Shown here: positions 11,647-21,489 of the stretch, one piece after another
Layout: each line of letters begins with the position of its first letter
Position numbering within the stretch: the first letter of the stretch is position 1
Assembly (NCBI RefSeq): GCF_006345805.1
Contig: NW_021836256.1
Coordinates: forward strand, 1 to 24,979
Length of the DNA stretch: 24,979 bases
Direction of reading: 5' to 3'
Source of the DNA: Octopus sinensis
Lineage: Eukaryota
Translations under genes and position numbers: made by a program
The notes under the pieces: model-generated
Told to the model about the DNA's origin: nothing
Database searches by the model: none
What the model saw: the letters and a program-made list of their open reading frames with translations, nothing else

Positions 11647-11820
11647 CGTTTAAATATTTGTTGTGCAAGATTTTTTATGTGAAGTCGTGTGTTGAAACAG
11701 ATATTGTTATATTTCGGAATGGTCATTTTGCCAGTTTAGCCAATAAAAAACACGCAATATATATTTGTGTTATTTTGCTTCAGTGATATTTTTTTTTTAC
11801 ATTAATCTTAATCTTATTTC

Positions 11821-11865
11821 GGCCAAAGTTCTTTCGTCACACTCCTGTGACCGCATCAGTGGTCC
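11821..11865 (-). ncRNA. Hammerhead-like motif with a non-canonical core
   Basis: The minus strand reads GGACCA-CTGATGC-G-GTCACA-GGAG-TGTGAC-GAAA-GAAC-TT-TGGCC. Stem II is perfect, but A9 is C and stem III is not palindromic. Confidence 0.4.
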
Positions 11866-12180
11866 TTTGTTTTCTTCTCACTTACTTGTGTCTCTCCTTA
11901 CTAACCGTCAGCCATTTTGTATTTCTATTGTATGTCTTCATTTGCGCATGCTTATATCTCTATGTGCGTCTATGTTTATTTAGTGTGTGTGTGGGGGGGA
12001 TGCCTGTAATATTTGTATCTTCTGGTTATATACATTCTTGTAATTTGTATTTTGTTTTTGTTGTTGTTGCTTTTGTTCTAATTTTGTTCATGTGTTTACA
12101 TCCACCCATTATTATCATTACATATGCTTGTATGTATGTATAACTACAATATTAGTAACAATAATAATAAATCTAATCGA

Positions 12181-12204
<24 letters not shown>

Positions 12205-12212
<8 letters not shown>

Positions 12213-13877
12213 GAAAATAGTAAAGTGTGAAAAAACGACAGAAGGCTTAAATGTTAAAAAATATATATATTTGTGTCAAAATGTCTGGAGAATATTGGAA
12301 AAATTTTTTTCCTTTCCTTAAAATGACATAATTTTAAAATTTTTAAAGAAATTACCGGTTTCGCGTGTAGCTTTTCAAATTTCTTGTGACGTTATGTTTA
12401 TATTGTATGGAATTATCGTTGTTTTTATTTCCAGGAGATTCTAAATAAGGGGAGGTAGTGAGTGATTTTTTCCGGTGTAGGGGAGATAATCGCTTAAAAA
12501 ATTTTTTTTTCCCATTTCCTTGTTAATATCTCTGTGTCAGTATGTTCGGATGGTTGAGTCTGGGTTGTACTTTTCAATGAAGAATGTTTCCTTGTTCAGT
12601 CTCATTTGTGTTGATGATCCGAAAGCACATTGGTAAAATGGGAAGATTAAAAATTGTGGCAGTAGTTGCTTTGCGCATTTCTCGATGTGCTCACTAAAAG
12701 GTATCATTCTATATTCTGGGAATGCAATCTGTTGTCGATGCAGTGTGCATCTGCGCCTGAGTGATAGTCCCGTGGAACCCACGTAGTCTTGGTGGCAGCC
12801 CGAGCATTTAATAACATAAATTATGTTTTCAGAGGCACAAGTAAAGTTAGATTTGATCTTAAATTTCTGTCCCTCTTTAAAGAAGAATTCTGATCCTTCC
12901 AATAGGTTAGGACATGTTGCACAGTTCGATCTACCACATTTTTTAACTTTTGCATCCGTAATTTTAGAAGACAATTTTGCCTTTGTGAGAATCTTTTTAA
13001 GTGATTTAGGCTGTTTGTAGCTTTTAATGATTTGGTGTATGTTTAGAATTTCCTTTAATTTTGGGTTTTTATGAAGTATTGGTAAATTCTGGGTGATGAT
13101 GGTGAAGGCTTCTTTGTTTCTGGGGTTGTATGTAGATATGTAAGGTAGTATTTTCGGGGAAGGTGTGTTGTTGTGTTGAACTTTTCTTAAAGTTTCTATG
13201 TTGATTTCTGTTGCACGTCTGATCCCATCCTCTATGAGTTGAGCTGGGTAATGTCTGTCAATTAGGGTGTTTTTGAGTTCTTGCAGTCTAAAGTTCCTGG
13301 TATTTTGTTCTGACACTATTGTGCATATCCTTCTTGCAAGGTTGAAGGGATGTTTGTTTTAGTGTGTCTTGGGTGGCATGAATTAAAAAGAAGGTATTGT
13401 TTGGCGTCTGTGCCTTTGTAAAAAATGTCTGTTTCTATTTTAAGGTTAATTTTTTTAATTAGTATATCCAAGAACGGGAGCTCCTTTTGGTTGTATTCCA
13501 TTGTGAACTGTATATTTGGGTTTATGCTGTTCAATAGGTTTTTAAATTTTAGGAGTTTATCTATGTTTTCATTCCAGAGAATGAAACAATCGTCTAGGAA
13601 TCGTTTCCAATTCTCTTTTATGTATTGAGAGAGGGAGTTTCCAAAGATTGATAGAGATTCCTGGTAAATGATTATTTCCATGTATCCCATTGTTAAGTTC
13701 GCAATGACTGGTGCTGCCTTGTACCCATAGCAATTCCGGATTTTTGACGGTAAAATGTATTGTCAAACATGAAGTGGTTATTGTGTAGGATGAATTCAAT
13801 TGACTTAGTAATGAATTCCTTACTGATCCTTTTTGTATTTCTTCCGGAAATTGGTCTAACCAGAATTGTATTGCCTC
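12205..13877 (-). mobile_element. Penelope-like element A (Neptune-like), left arm: 5'-truncated RT, GIY-YIG and 3' pseudo-LTR
   Basis: RFLDDCF, LPFLD and QYLLFNSCHPRHTK; linker CGRSNCATC; NIIYVIKCSGC..DYVGST..RCTLH. It is the reverse complement of 13890-15550. Confidence 0.92.
12346..12385 (-). ncRNA. Minimal type I hammerhead ribozyme, U3-A8 core variant (left-arm copy)
   Basis: The minus strand reads AAGAAAT-TTGAAAA-GC-TACAC-GC-GAAA-CCGG-TA-ATTTCTT, with a perfect 7-bp stem I and a palindromic stem III. Confidence 0.72.
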
Positions 13878-15550
13878 AATTATGGACTGGAGGCAATACA
13901 TTCTGGTTAGACCAATTCCGGAAGAAATACCAAAAAGGATCAGTAAGGAATTCATTACTAAGTCAATTGAATTCATCCTACACAATAACCACTTCATGTT
14001 GACAATACATTTTACCGTCAAAAATCCGGAATTGCTATGGGTACAAGGGCAGCACCAGTCATTGCGAACTTAACAATGGGATACATGGAAATAATCATTT
14101 ACCAGGAATCTCTATCAATCTTTGGAAACTCCCTCTCTCAATACATAAAAGAGAATTGGAAACGATTCCTAGACGATTGTTTCATTCTCTGGAATGAAAA
14201 CATAGATAAACTCCTAAAATTTAAAAACCTATTGAACAGCATAAACCCAAATATACAGTTCACAATGGAATACAACCAAAAGGAGCTCCCGTTCTTGGAT
14301 ATACTAATTAAAAAAATTAACCTTAATAGAAACAGACATTTTTACAAAGCCACAGACGCCAAACAATACCTTCTTTTTAATTCATGCCACCCAAGACACA
14401 CTAAAACAAACATCCCCTTCACCCTTGCAAGAAGGATATGCACAATAGTGTCAGAACAAAATACCAGGAACTTTAGACTGCAGAACTCAAAAACACCCTA
14501 ATTGACAGACATTACCCAGCTCAACTCATAGAGGATGGGATCAGACGTGCAACAGAAATCAACATAGAAACTTTAAGAAAAGTTCAAAACAACAAACACC
14601 TTCCCCGAAAATACTACCTTACATATCTACATACAACCCCAGAAACAAAGAAGCCTTCACCATCATCACCCAGAATTTACCAATACTTCATAAAAACCCA
14701 AAATTAAAGGAAATTCTAAACATACACCAAATCATTAAAAGCTACAAACAGCCTAAATCACTTAAAAAGATTTCACAAGGCAAAATTGTCTTCTAAAATT
14801 ACGGATGCAAAAGTTAAAAAATGTGGTAGATCGAACTGTGCAACATGTCCTAACCTATTGGAAGGATCAGAATTCTTCTTTAAAGAGGGACAGAAATTTA
14901 AGATCAAATCTAACTTTACTTGTGCCTCTGAAAACATAATTTATGTTATTAAATGCTCGGGCTGCCACCAAGACTACGTGGGTTCCACGGGACTATCACT
15001 CAGGCGCAGATGCACACTGCATCGACAACAGATTGCATTCCCAGAATATAGAATGATACCTTTAGTGAGCACATCGAGAAATGCGCAAAGCAACTACTGC
15101 CACAATTTTTAATCTTCCCATTTTACCAATGTGCTTTCGGATCATCAACACAATGAGACTGAACAAGGAAACATTCTTCATTGAAAAGTACAAACCCAGA
15201 CTCAACCATCCGAACATACTGACACAGAGATATTAACAAGGAAATGGGAAAAAAAATTTTTTAAGCGATTATCTCCCCTACACCGGAAAAAATCACTCAC
15301 TACTCCCCTTATTTAGAAATCTCCTGGAAATAAAAACAACGATAATTCCATACAATATAACATAACGTCACAAGAAATTTGAAAAGCTACACGCGAAACC
15401 GGTAATTTCTTTAAAAATTTTAAAATTATGTCATTTTAAGGAAAGGAAAAAAAATTTTTCCAATATTCTCCAGACATTTTGACACAAATATATATTTTTT
15501 AACATTTAAGCCTTCTGTCGTTTTTTCACACTTTACTATTTTTTATATAT
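13878..15550 (+). mobile_element. Penelope-like element A (Neptune-like), right arm
   Basis: AMGTRAAPVIANLTMG, RFLDD at 14163-14177, GIY-YIG at 14786-15112, then a 3' UTR. The frameshifts are at different positions from those in the left arm. Confidence 0.92.
15372..15411 (+). ncRNA. Minimal type I hammerhead ribozyme, U3-A8 core variant (right-arm copy)
   Basis: Stem I 15372-15378/15405-15411, core TTGAAAA 15379-15385, GC-TACAC-GC, GAAA 15395-15398, CCGG, and predicted GUA cleavage after 15404. Confidence 0.72.
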
Positions 15551-15591
15551 TCACCCACGTGCTTACCCCAACAAACTTTCTTACTCTTCTC

Positions 15592-15646
15592 TCTCTATAT
15601 CTTATATATAATAATATATATATATATATATATTAATATATATATT

Positions 15647-15698
<52 letters not shown>

Positions 15699-15748
15699 TA
15701 CACATATACATATATATATATATATATATACACAATACATATATATAG
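15592..15748. repeat. (TA)n microsatellite between PLE-A and PLE-B
   Basis: Direct inspection. Confidence 0.95.
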
Positions 15749-15749
15749 T

Positions 15750-17282
15750 TATTCATTTCTATTTCTTTAATTATCTGTGTATTTATATGTTTGCAGGATC
15801 CACTATCGTCATATGTTGTGGTGTGTGCTATTGCTCCATTCTAGTTTTCTATTCAGGCTAGGTTATTTTCTATTATATGTGTAGCTTCTGTAATTTGTCT
15901 AATTGTTGCATCTGTTCTATGTGTGGACAATATCTTAATCTCTATGTTATTGATTGATCCCCCGTGTTCTTGTTCGGCGTGTTGGTACAGAATCGATGAG
16001 CTTTTACCTTCCTTGAGTTGTCTCCAATGTTCATTCACCCGCTCTCCAATGCTTCTTGCTGTTTCCCCTACGTATGTTACTGTCTTGTTACTGCATCGTC
16101 CCTCTATACATCTTATACTATAGACCACATTCTGGCTTTACAGTTTGTTTGTGGGCTAAATCTACATACAGTGCAATAGTTATCCGTACAGAGAGTTCTA
16201 CTAAAAGGATAGGTTCTACCAATTATAGATCTGATAGGGTTGCCTGGCTTTTCAACAACCTTAATTCTTAGTTTAAGTTTATCTAGGGTCCTTCTAAAGC
16301 GGTACGCCAGTTCACCTCCAGGGGTGGTGGTGTCAACGAACATGACACTCTGGTATTTATGGCTATCATACCAAGAGTTGGCCTTCCCTATTTTCTTTTT
16401 TGTCCTTTCTATAGTGTTCCATGACTTGTTCCTATAGAGTGGGCAAATCCCATTCCTATCATTACATAATATATTATCAAATTTCTTCATGGCTCCTTTG
16501 TATACTCTGATCCTTTCTTTATGGCTGTAACCTGAGAACTGCATGCGGTGAATGAAATACTGTATGTGTCTCTCTTTAATTCTGTAGGCTCGCACATGCG
16601 TGACACATTTCTCATTATTCTGACGAGGTCCGCCATCAAAATATTGAATTTGGCATTGCCCGCAATGGCTGAGTTCCGGTGGATCAGGTATTTTGAGGCC
16701 ATAGGTTTTGCATAGTATGAATGAAGGATTTGGTTTTATTTTTCACAATTTCTAGCCAGAGTTCAGTGTCTAGTACTGGTTAGTAGTCTATGGTTGGGGT
16801 GTTTAGTGGGGTAGTCTATTGTGACCTTAATACTCTGGTGGATGGAGTTAGCTATTTGCTGGATGCTCTCCATAGTATTAGTTTCTATTACTATATCAAC
16901 ATTACTCTCTTGTGGGGGGTGCCTTTACTACTATATTGATATCATCAACATAGCGAGAGTACATGTTTACGAGTATGGATTTCTGCAGTAGGCATTCTTT
17001 AAGCCTTCTGTCCCACCATACCATGAAGAGGTGGCCACATCACCAGCGATACTAACACCGATGGCTGCCCCCTCGTCCTGGGCATATATTTTATTATTAA
17101 ATTTAAATGTGTGGCCTTTTAGGGTAACTCTTATACTAGCTCCTAGTGCATGTGCGATCATTTTCTTTACCTGATGGACATTTGCAGGGCTCCGTATGGC
17201 TCTGGTCCATCCGCGCCATCTTTCTATATGTGTCTTTCTAGCCATAGAATTAATTGTAGGCGGTCTACCTCTTAAACATCTA
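15750..17282 (-). mobile_element. Penelope-like element B (second family): 5'-truncated RT with C-terminal GIY-YIG, frameshifted
   Basis: FKFNNKIYAQDEGAAIG, RYVDD (YVDD at 16941-16952), MASKYLIHRNSA, VMFVDTTTPGGELA, CTDNYCTVC, and VYSIRC..TYVGETARSIGERVNEH..LYQHAEQEH. Confidence 0.88.
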
Positions 17283-17425
17283 CTGGGGCAGTTACTGTTT
17301 ATACCTCGCTTAGAGATTTATTATTGTTATCGAACAGATTTTCGACGCCAGTGACTGTGTTTACAGTGAAAATCTATATATTTCTAGCCTGTGGAGGAAG
17401 TCCCTCAACGAAGAACGGTGTTTGC

Positions 17426-17467
17426 CATGCGCTGACGAGAGGCAATACCTCGAAACCGGTCCGTGTG
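17426..17467 (+). ncRNA. Type I hammerhead ribozyme, copy 1
   Basis: CATGCG-CTGACGA-GAGG-CAATA-CCTC-GAAA-CCGG-TC-CGTGTG: intact core, 4-bp stem II, palindromic ACCGGT stem III, 6-bp stem I with two G.U pairs, and predicted GUC cleavage after 17461. Confidence 0.9.
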
Positions 17468-17784
17468 TAGCATCCGTTTCTTCGGGGAGGCTGATCTCCC
17501 TTTACAGGCTAGCAAGGACACCGTGATGGTGTCGGCTCTCCTGGTGACGTCTATAGTTGCCTGGGGCTAAATGCATCAGTAACACCACCACCACCCCGCC
17601 CTGTCCCTAGCCACATTCAGATGGCTGGTCCCGCTTATATTACAGAGCAGTTACTGTTTATACCTCGCTTAGAAATTTATTATTGTTATCGAACAGATTT
17701 TCGACGCCAGTGACTGTGTTTACAGTGAAAATCTATATATTTCTAGCCTGTGGATGAAGTCCCTCAACGAAGAACGGTGTTTGC

Positions 17785-17826
17785 CATGCGCTGACGAGAG
17801 GCAATACCTCGAAACCGGTCCGTGTG
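17785..17826 (+). ncRNA. Type I hammerhead ribozyme, copy 2
   Basis: Identical to copy 1, with predicted cleavage after 17820. Confidence 0.9.
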
Positions 17827-18000
17827 TAGCATCCGTTTCTTCGGGGAGGCTAATCTCCCTTTACAGGCTAGCAAGGACACCGTGATGGTGTCGGCTCTCC
17901 TGGTGACGTCTATAGTCGCCTGGGGCTAAATGCATCAGTAACACCCCCACCACCCCGCCCTGTCCCTAGCCACATTCAGATGGCTGGTCCCACTTATATT

Positions 18001-18411
18001 GCTGATGTGTGAGGTCAGAGAGATAGGTCTATAGTTCTTGGCTTCCGCTCTGCTACCTCCTTTATGAATGGGGCATATGTTACCTTCCTTCAGTTTTCTT
18101 GGAAGTTTGCCAGCTGCAAGGAAGCTCTGAAAGAGGAACTGTAGTGGTCTTGCTAGGACTCTCTTACATGCTTTTAGGAGGATTGCCGGGAATCCATCGG
18201 GGCCAGTAGCTGAGTCTGTTTTCATTTCATCTATAGACTTGATTACATCGTCTTCCTTTATATCAATGTAATCTATCGTCGCCACCTCTGATTTTATATC
18301 TGCAGTGATAAAAAAGTCAGTTGGATTGGTGATTTGGAGATGCCCAAGGGGTGGAGTGAAAACACTCTTGAATTGCTCATTCAGTATTTCACTTACCCTC
18401 ATTACCCTCAT
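18001..18411 (-). mobile_element. CR1-group LINE internal fragment (N-terminal RT region)
   Basis: ILNEQFKSVFT, SATGPDGFPAILLK and ICPIHKGGSRAEAKNYRPISLTSHIS. Confidence 0.88.
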
Positions 18412-18704
18412 ATAAAGATATAAGATATAATATATATATATACGATATTATATATATATATATATAGATATACATATATATATATCTATATATATATATA
18501 GATTATAAGATATAAAGATATATATTAATATATATATAATATATATATATGTATTAGCTATATATTAAAGATATAAAGATATATATATATATATATAGAT
18601 ATATATATATATATACATATATATATAAAGATATAAAGATATATCTATATATATATAGATATATATATACATATATACATATATTATATATGTATCTATA
18701 TATT

Positions 18705-18752
<48 letters not shown>

Positions 18753-18843
18753 AAGATATAAGATATATATATATATATATGTATATATAATATATAAAGA
18801 TATAAAGATATATATAGATATAATGTATATATATATATAAAGA

Positions 18844-18882
<39 letters not shown>

Positions 18883-18884
18883 CA

Positions 18885-18925
<41 letters not shown>

Positions 18926-19090
18926 AAGATATAAAGATATATATATATATGTATATATATAAAGATATATATAGATATATATATATATATATATCTTTAT
19001 ATATATATATACATATATATATAATATATATATATATCTTTATATATATATACAATATATATATATATATCTTTATATCTTTATATATAT
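18412..19090. repeat. (TA)n-based complex microsatellite with TATAAAGA units
   Basis: Direct inspection. Confidence 0.95.
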
Positions 19091-19211
19091 AGCCAAATTA
19101 GACTGGAGCCTGGTGCAGCCTTCTGGCTTCCCAGAACCCCGGTCGAACCGTCCAACCCATGCTAGCATGGAGAACGGACGTTAAACGACGATGATGATGA
19201 TGATGATGATA
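19091..19211 (+). mobile_element. Short retroposon 3' tail (RTE-type) ending in (GAT)n
   Basis: CCAACCCATGCTAGCATGGAGAACGGACGTTAAACGACGATGATGAT: a short palindromic stem followed by a tandem-trimer tail. Family assignment is from recall. Confidence 0.55.
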
Positions 19212-20904
19212 TGTATATATATATATAAAGATACATATATATATATGTATATATATACAAAGATATATATATATATATATACAAATTGAGATAGGGGTTG
19301 TAAATGTAACCCTCCATGGGATAACATATATCTAATCTACCGCTAGTGAAGTACCCAACAAAGTTAATACATAAATGTTAATAATTGCGATGCAATGAAT
19401 TCATCTACTGCATTATATGGCAAAGGTAAAATGTTTTACCACAAATTCATAATACAAAATAAGAAAATGGGGAAATACATCTAGATCAAATATCAATTAC
19501 CAGATAATACCCAATCACATACTTTATTAAACCACCACATAAGAAACTTTAAGGACAAACATAATAATGTAGAACAAAATAGTGTACATAAAGGAGTGTA
19601 CATAAAGGAGTAATGTTATACAATAAGTACAATATGTATAAGAGAATATAAAAATAAGTAAATATAAGTATAAATATAGACTACATCTTACAGCTGTTTC
19701 GGCCATGCAGATAAGTATGTCTCGTAGTTATAAATGAGACATTTACAAAAATATCCTAAGAATTCTTCGGAGATTATGTGATACAAATCAGATTACATAC
19801 TCATTTATATAGGTGTGGGTACATACCCATAATAAAACATATACATATACATATGAGTGCATATACTCACACTCCTATACATATAAATATACATATACAT
19901 AATGATATAAATAATATAGATCAATAAACATATATATGTTCCACATTCAATGTTACAGTTTTTCAACTTAATATTGTGATAATTACAATGTAGAAAAACA
20001 TACACATATTAATACCCAAATGCAGATATACAGAGTCAAGAGTACATTATATTAATTCTTAACAATTTCCAAAATGTCATTAATGTTAGCATCATTATCA
20101 TTGTCATTACCACTAATGCTACCAATATCATCATTCGTATTATTATTAATAACGCTAATACTAGAAAAACAATATATAGACTCCATTATTAGCAATATAG
20201 TTACAATAGTACTACAATACCATGCAAAGTGTTAAATATCTGCATATACATTCGAAATATGAAACAAAAGCATTCTGTTTACACGACATTAAGATCCACT
20301 GGTGCACAGATGTACTTCCGAGTTAAAATTTATAATTTCCAATGTGACAGAAATACACTATTACTTTCAGAAATAGATGCGAATCTAGCGCTAAACTATG
20401 ATTGGCTTATGGATTTGAATTTAAATTACCATTGTCTTTCTTACGGTTGGTTTGTTGTGGAAAAAACTATACCAACATTTATACACACACACACATACAT
20501 ACGTACATCCGCACATATACATAACATATACACTCTCATGTACTGCGCTCTGCAAACATTCGCATATACTTATATACACATTTAAATATGCATTTGCGTA
20601 CTCATACGTATAAGAAAAACATATACATATATATCCAACCATGAATATACATATCCATACAAAAACATACATACACATATATATACATATGAATACATTT
20701 CGACATATCCACATATATTTACTAAGTTACAAAATATATGTCTGTCATCAAATGGCGTATAGATAAACCAGCACAGGCAGGGACAGCTATAGCAACGTTT
20801 ATACACTCACACACATACTCACACGCACATCCGCACATATCTATAAACGTTTATACACTCTCATACGCTGTGTCTGCAAACATTCGCATTGACATCCTTA
20901 CATA

Positions 20905-21208
20905 CCATGAATTACTGCATAAGGAAATTACAAAGAAGTATAAAATTGTACCTTTTAATACACTTGGGGAACTAAACTTAGAGGTTAGAGAAATAATGTT
21001 TGATTATTATCTGGAGGATAAAACTGAACCTTATACCCCCATGAGACCGAGAATTACACTTAAAGACCATAAGGAAAACTTCCTTGGTAACACACAGGTC
21101 AGACTGATTTGCCCTACCAAGTCTGCCTTAGGTAAATTGAGTAAACTTATTCTGGACAAATACTTACCGACTATACGTAACAAGATTATCGTTACACCTG
21201 AGCAATAA
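20905..21208 (+). mobile_element. Penelope-like element C: fragment of the N-terminal RT region
   Basis: YHELLHKEITKKYK...RITLKDHKENF...VRLICPTKSALGKLSKLILD resembles the ITLKDHK..F...RLI.P.KS..G..SK.ILD pre-RT block of PLEs. Confidence 0.65.
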
Positions 21209-21489
21209 ATATTGTTGAACACCTGCGGATGTTTGGTGTTCAATATGTCCAGGTATTTGGTAGATATTGTTATTTCTACCTGCTATGTGAACGAAACTGC
21301 CGTGTGTGGTTAGACAAGGTCTGTAAATACCATACTGTAGTTAGTTTTATACTCCTGACCACTACTCCTCCATCTTCACAACAACAATATCAACACCAGG
21401 TGTCACTACTATGTCATAAAACACCATCTACCTTCACTTCCCCCCCCGCAACAAACTTCCTGACTGCATTCCCATATTCCACCATCGAT

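Larger units (their letters stand above)
17288..18000 (+). repeat. Two tandem 354-bp units (period 359 nt), pseudo-LTR or retrozyme-like
   Basis: 17288-17641 and 17647-18000 differ at about six positions by my count. Each unit contains a hammerhead. Confidence 0.95.

Noticed and set aside
13569-14021. ORFs 13569-14021 (minus) and 13760-14002 (plus) that look like novel proteins
   Set aside because: They run across the palindrome centre and join antisense and sense PLE sequence.
15750-17282. Selenoprotein-coding Naiad-type PLE
   Set aside because: The endonuclease is C-terminal and the disruptions I traced are frameshifts, not recurrent in-frame TGA codons.
21215-21243. 9-bp inverted repeat TTGAACACC/GGTGTTCAA just after the PLE-C fragment
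   Set aside because: It is a single short hairpin with no ribozyme core or other supporting context.
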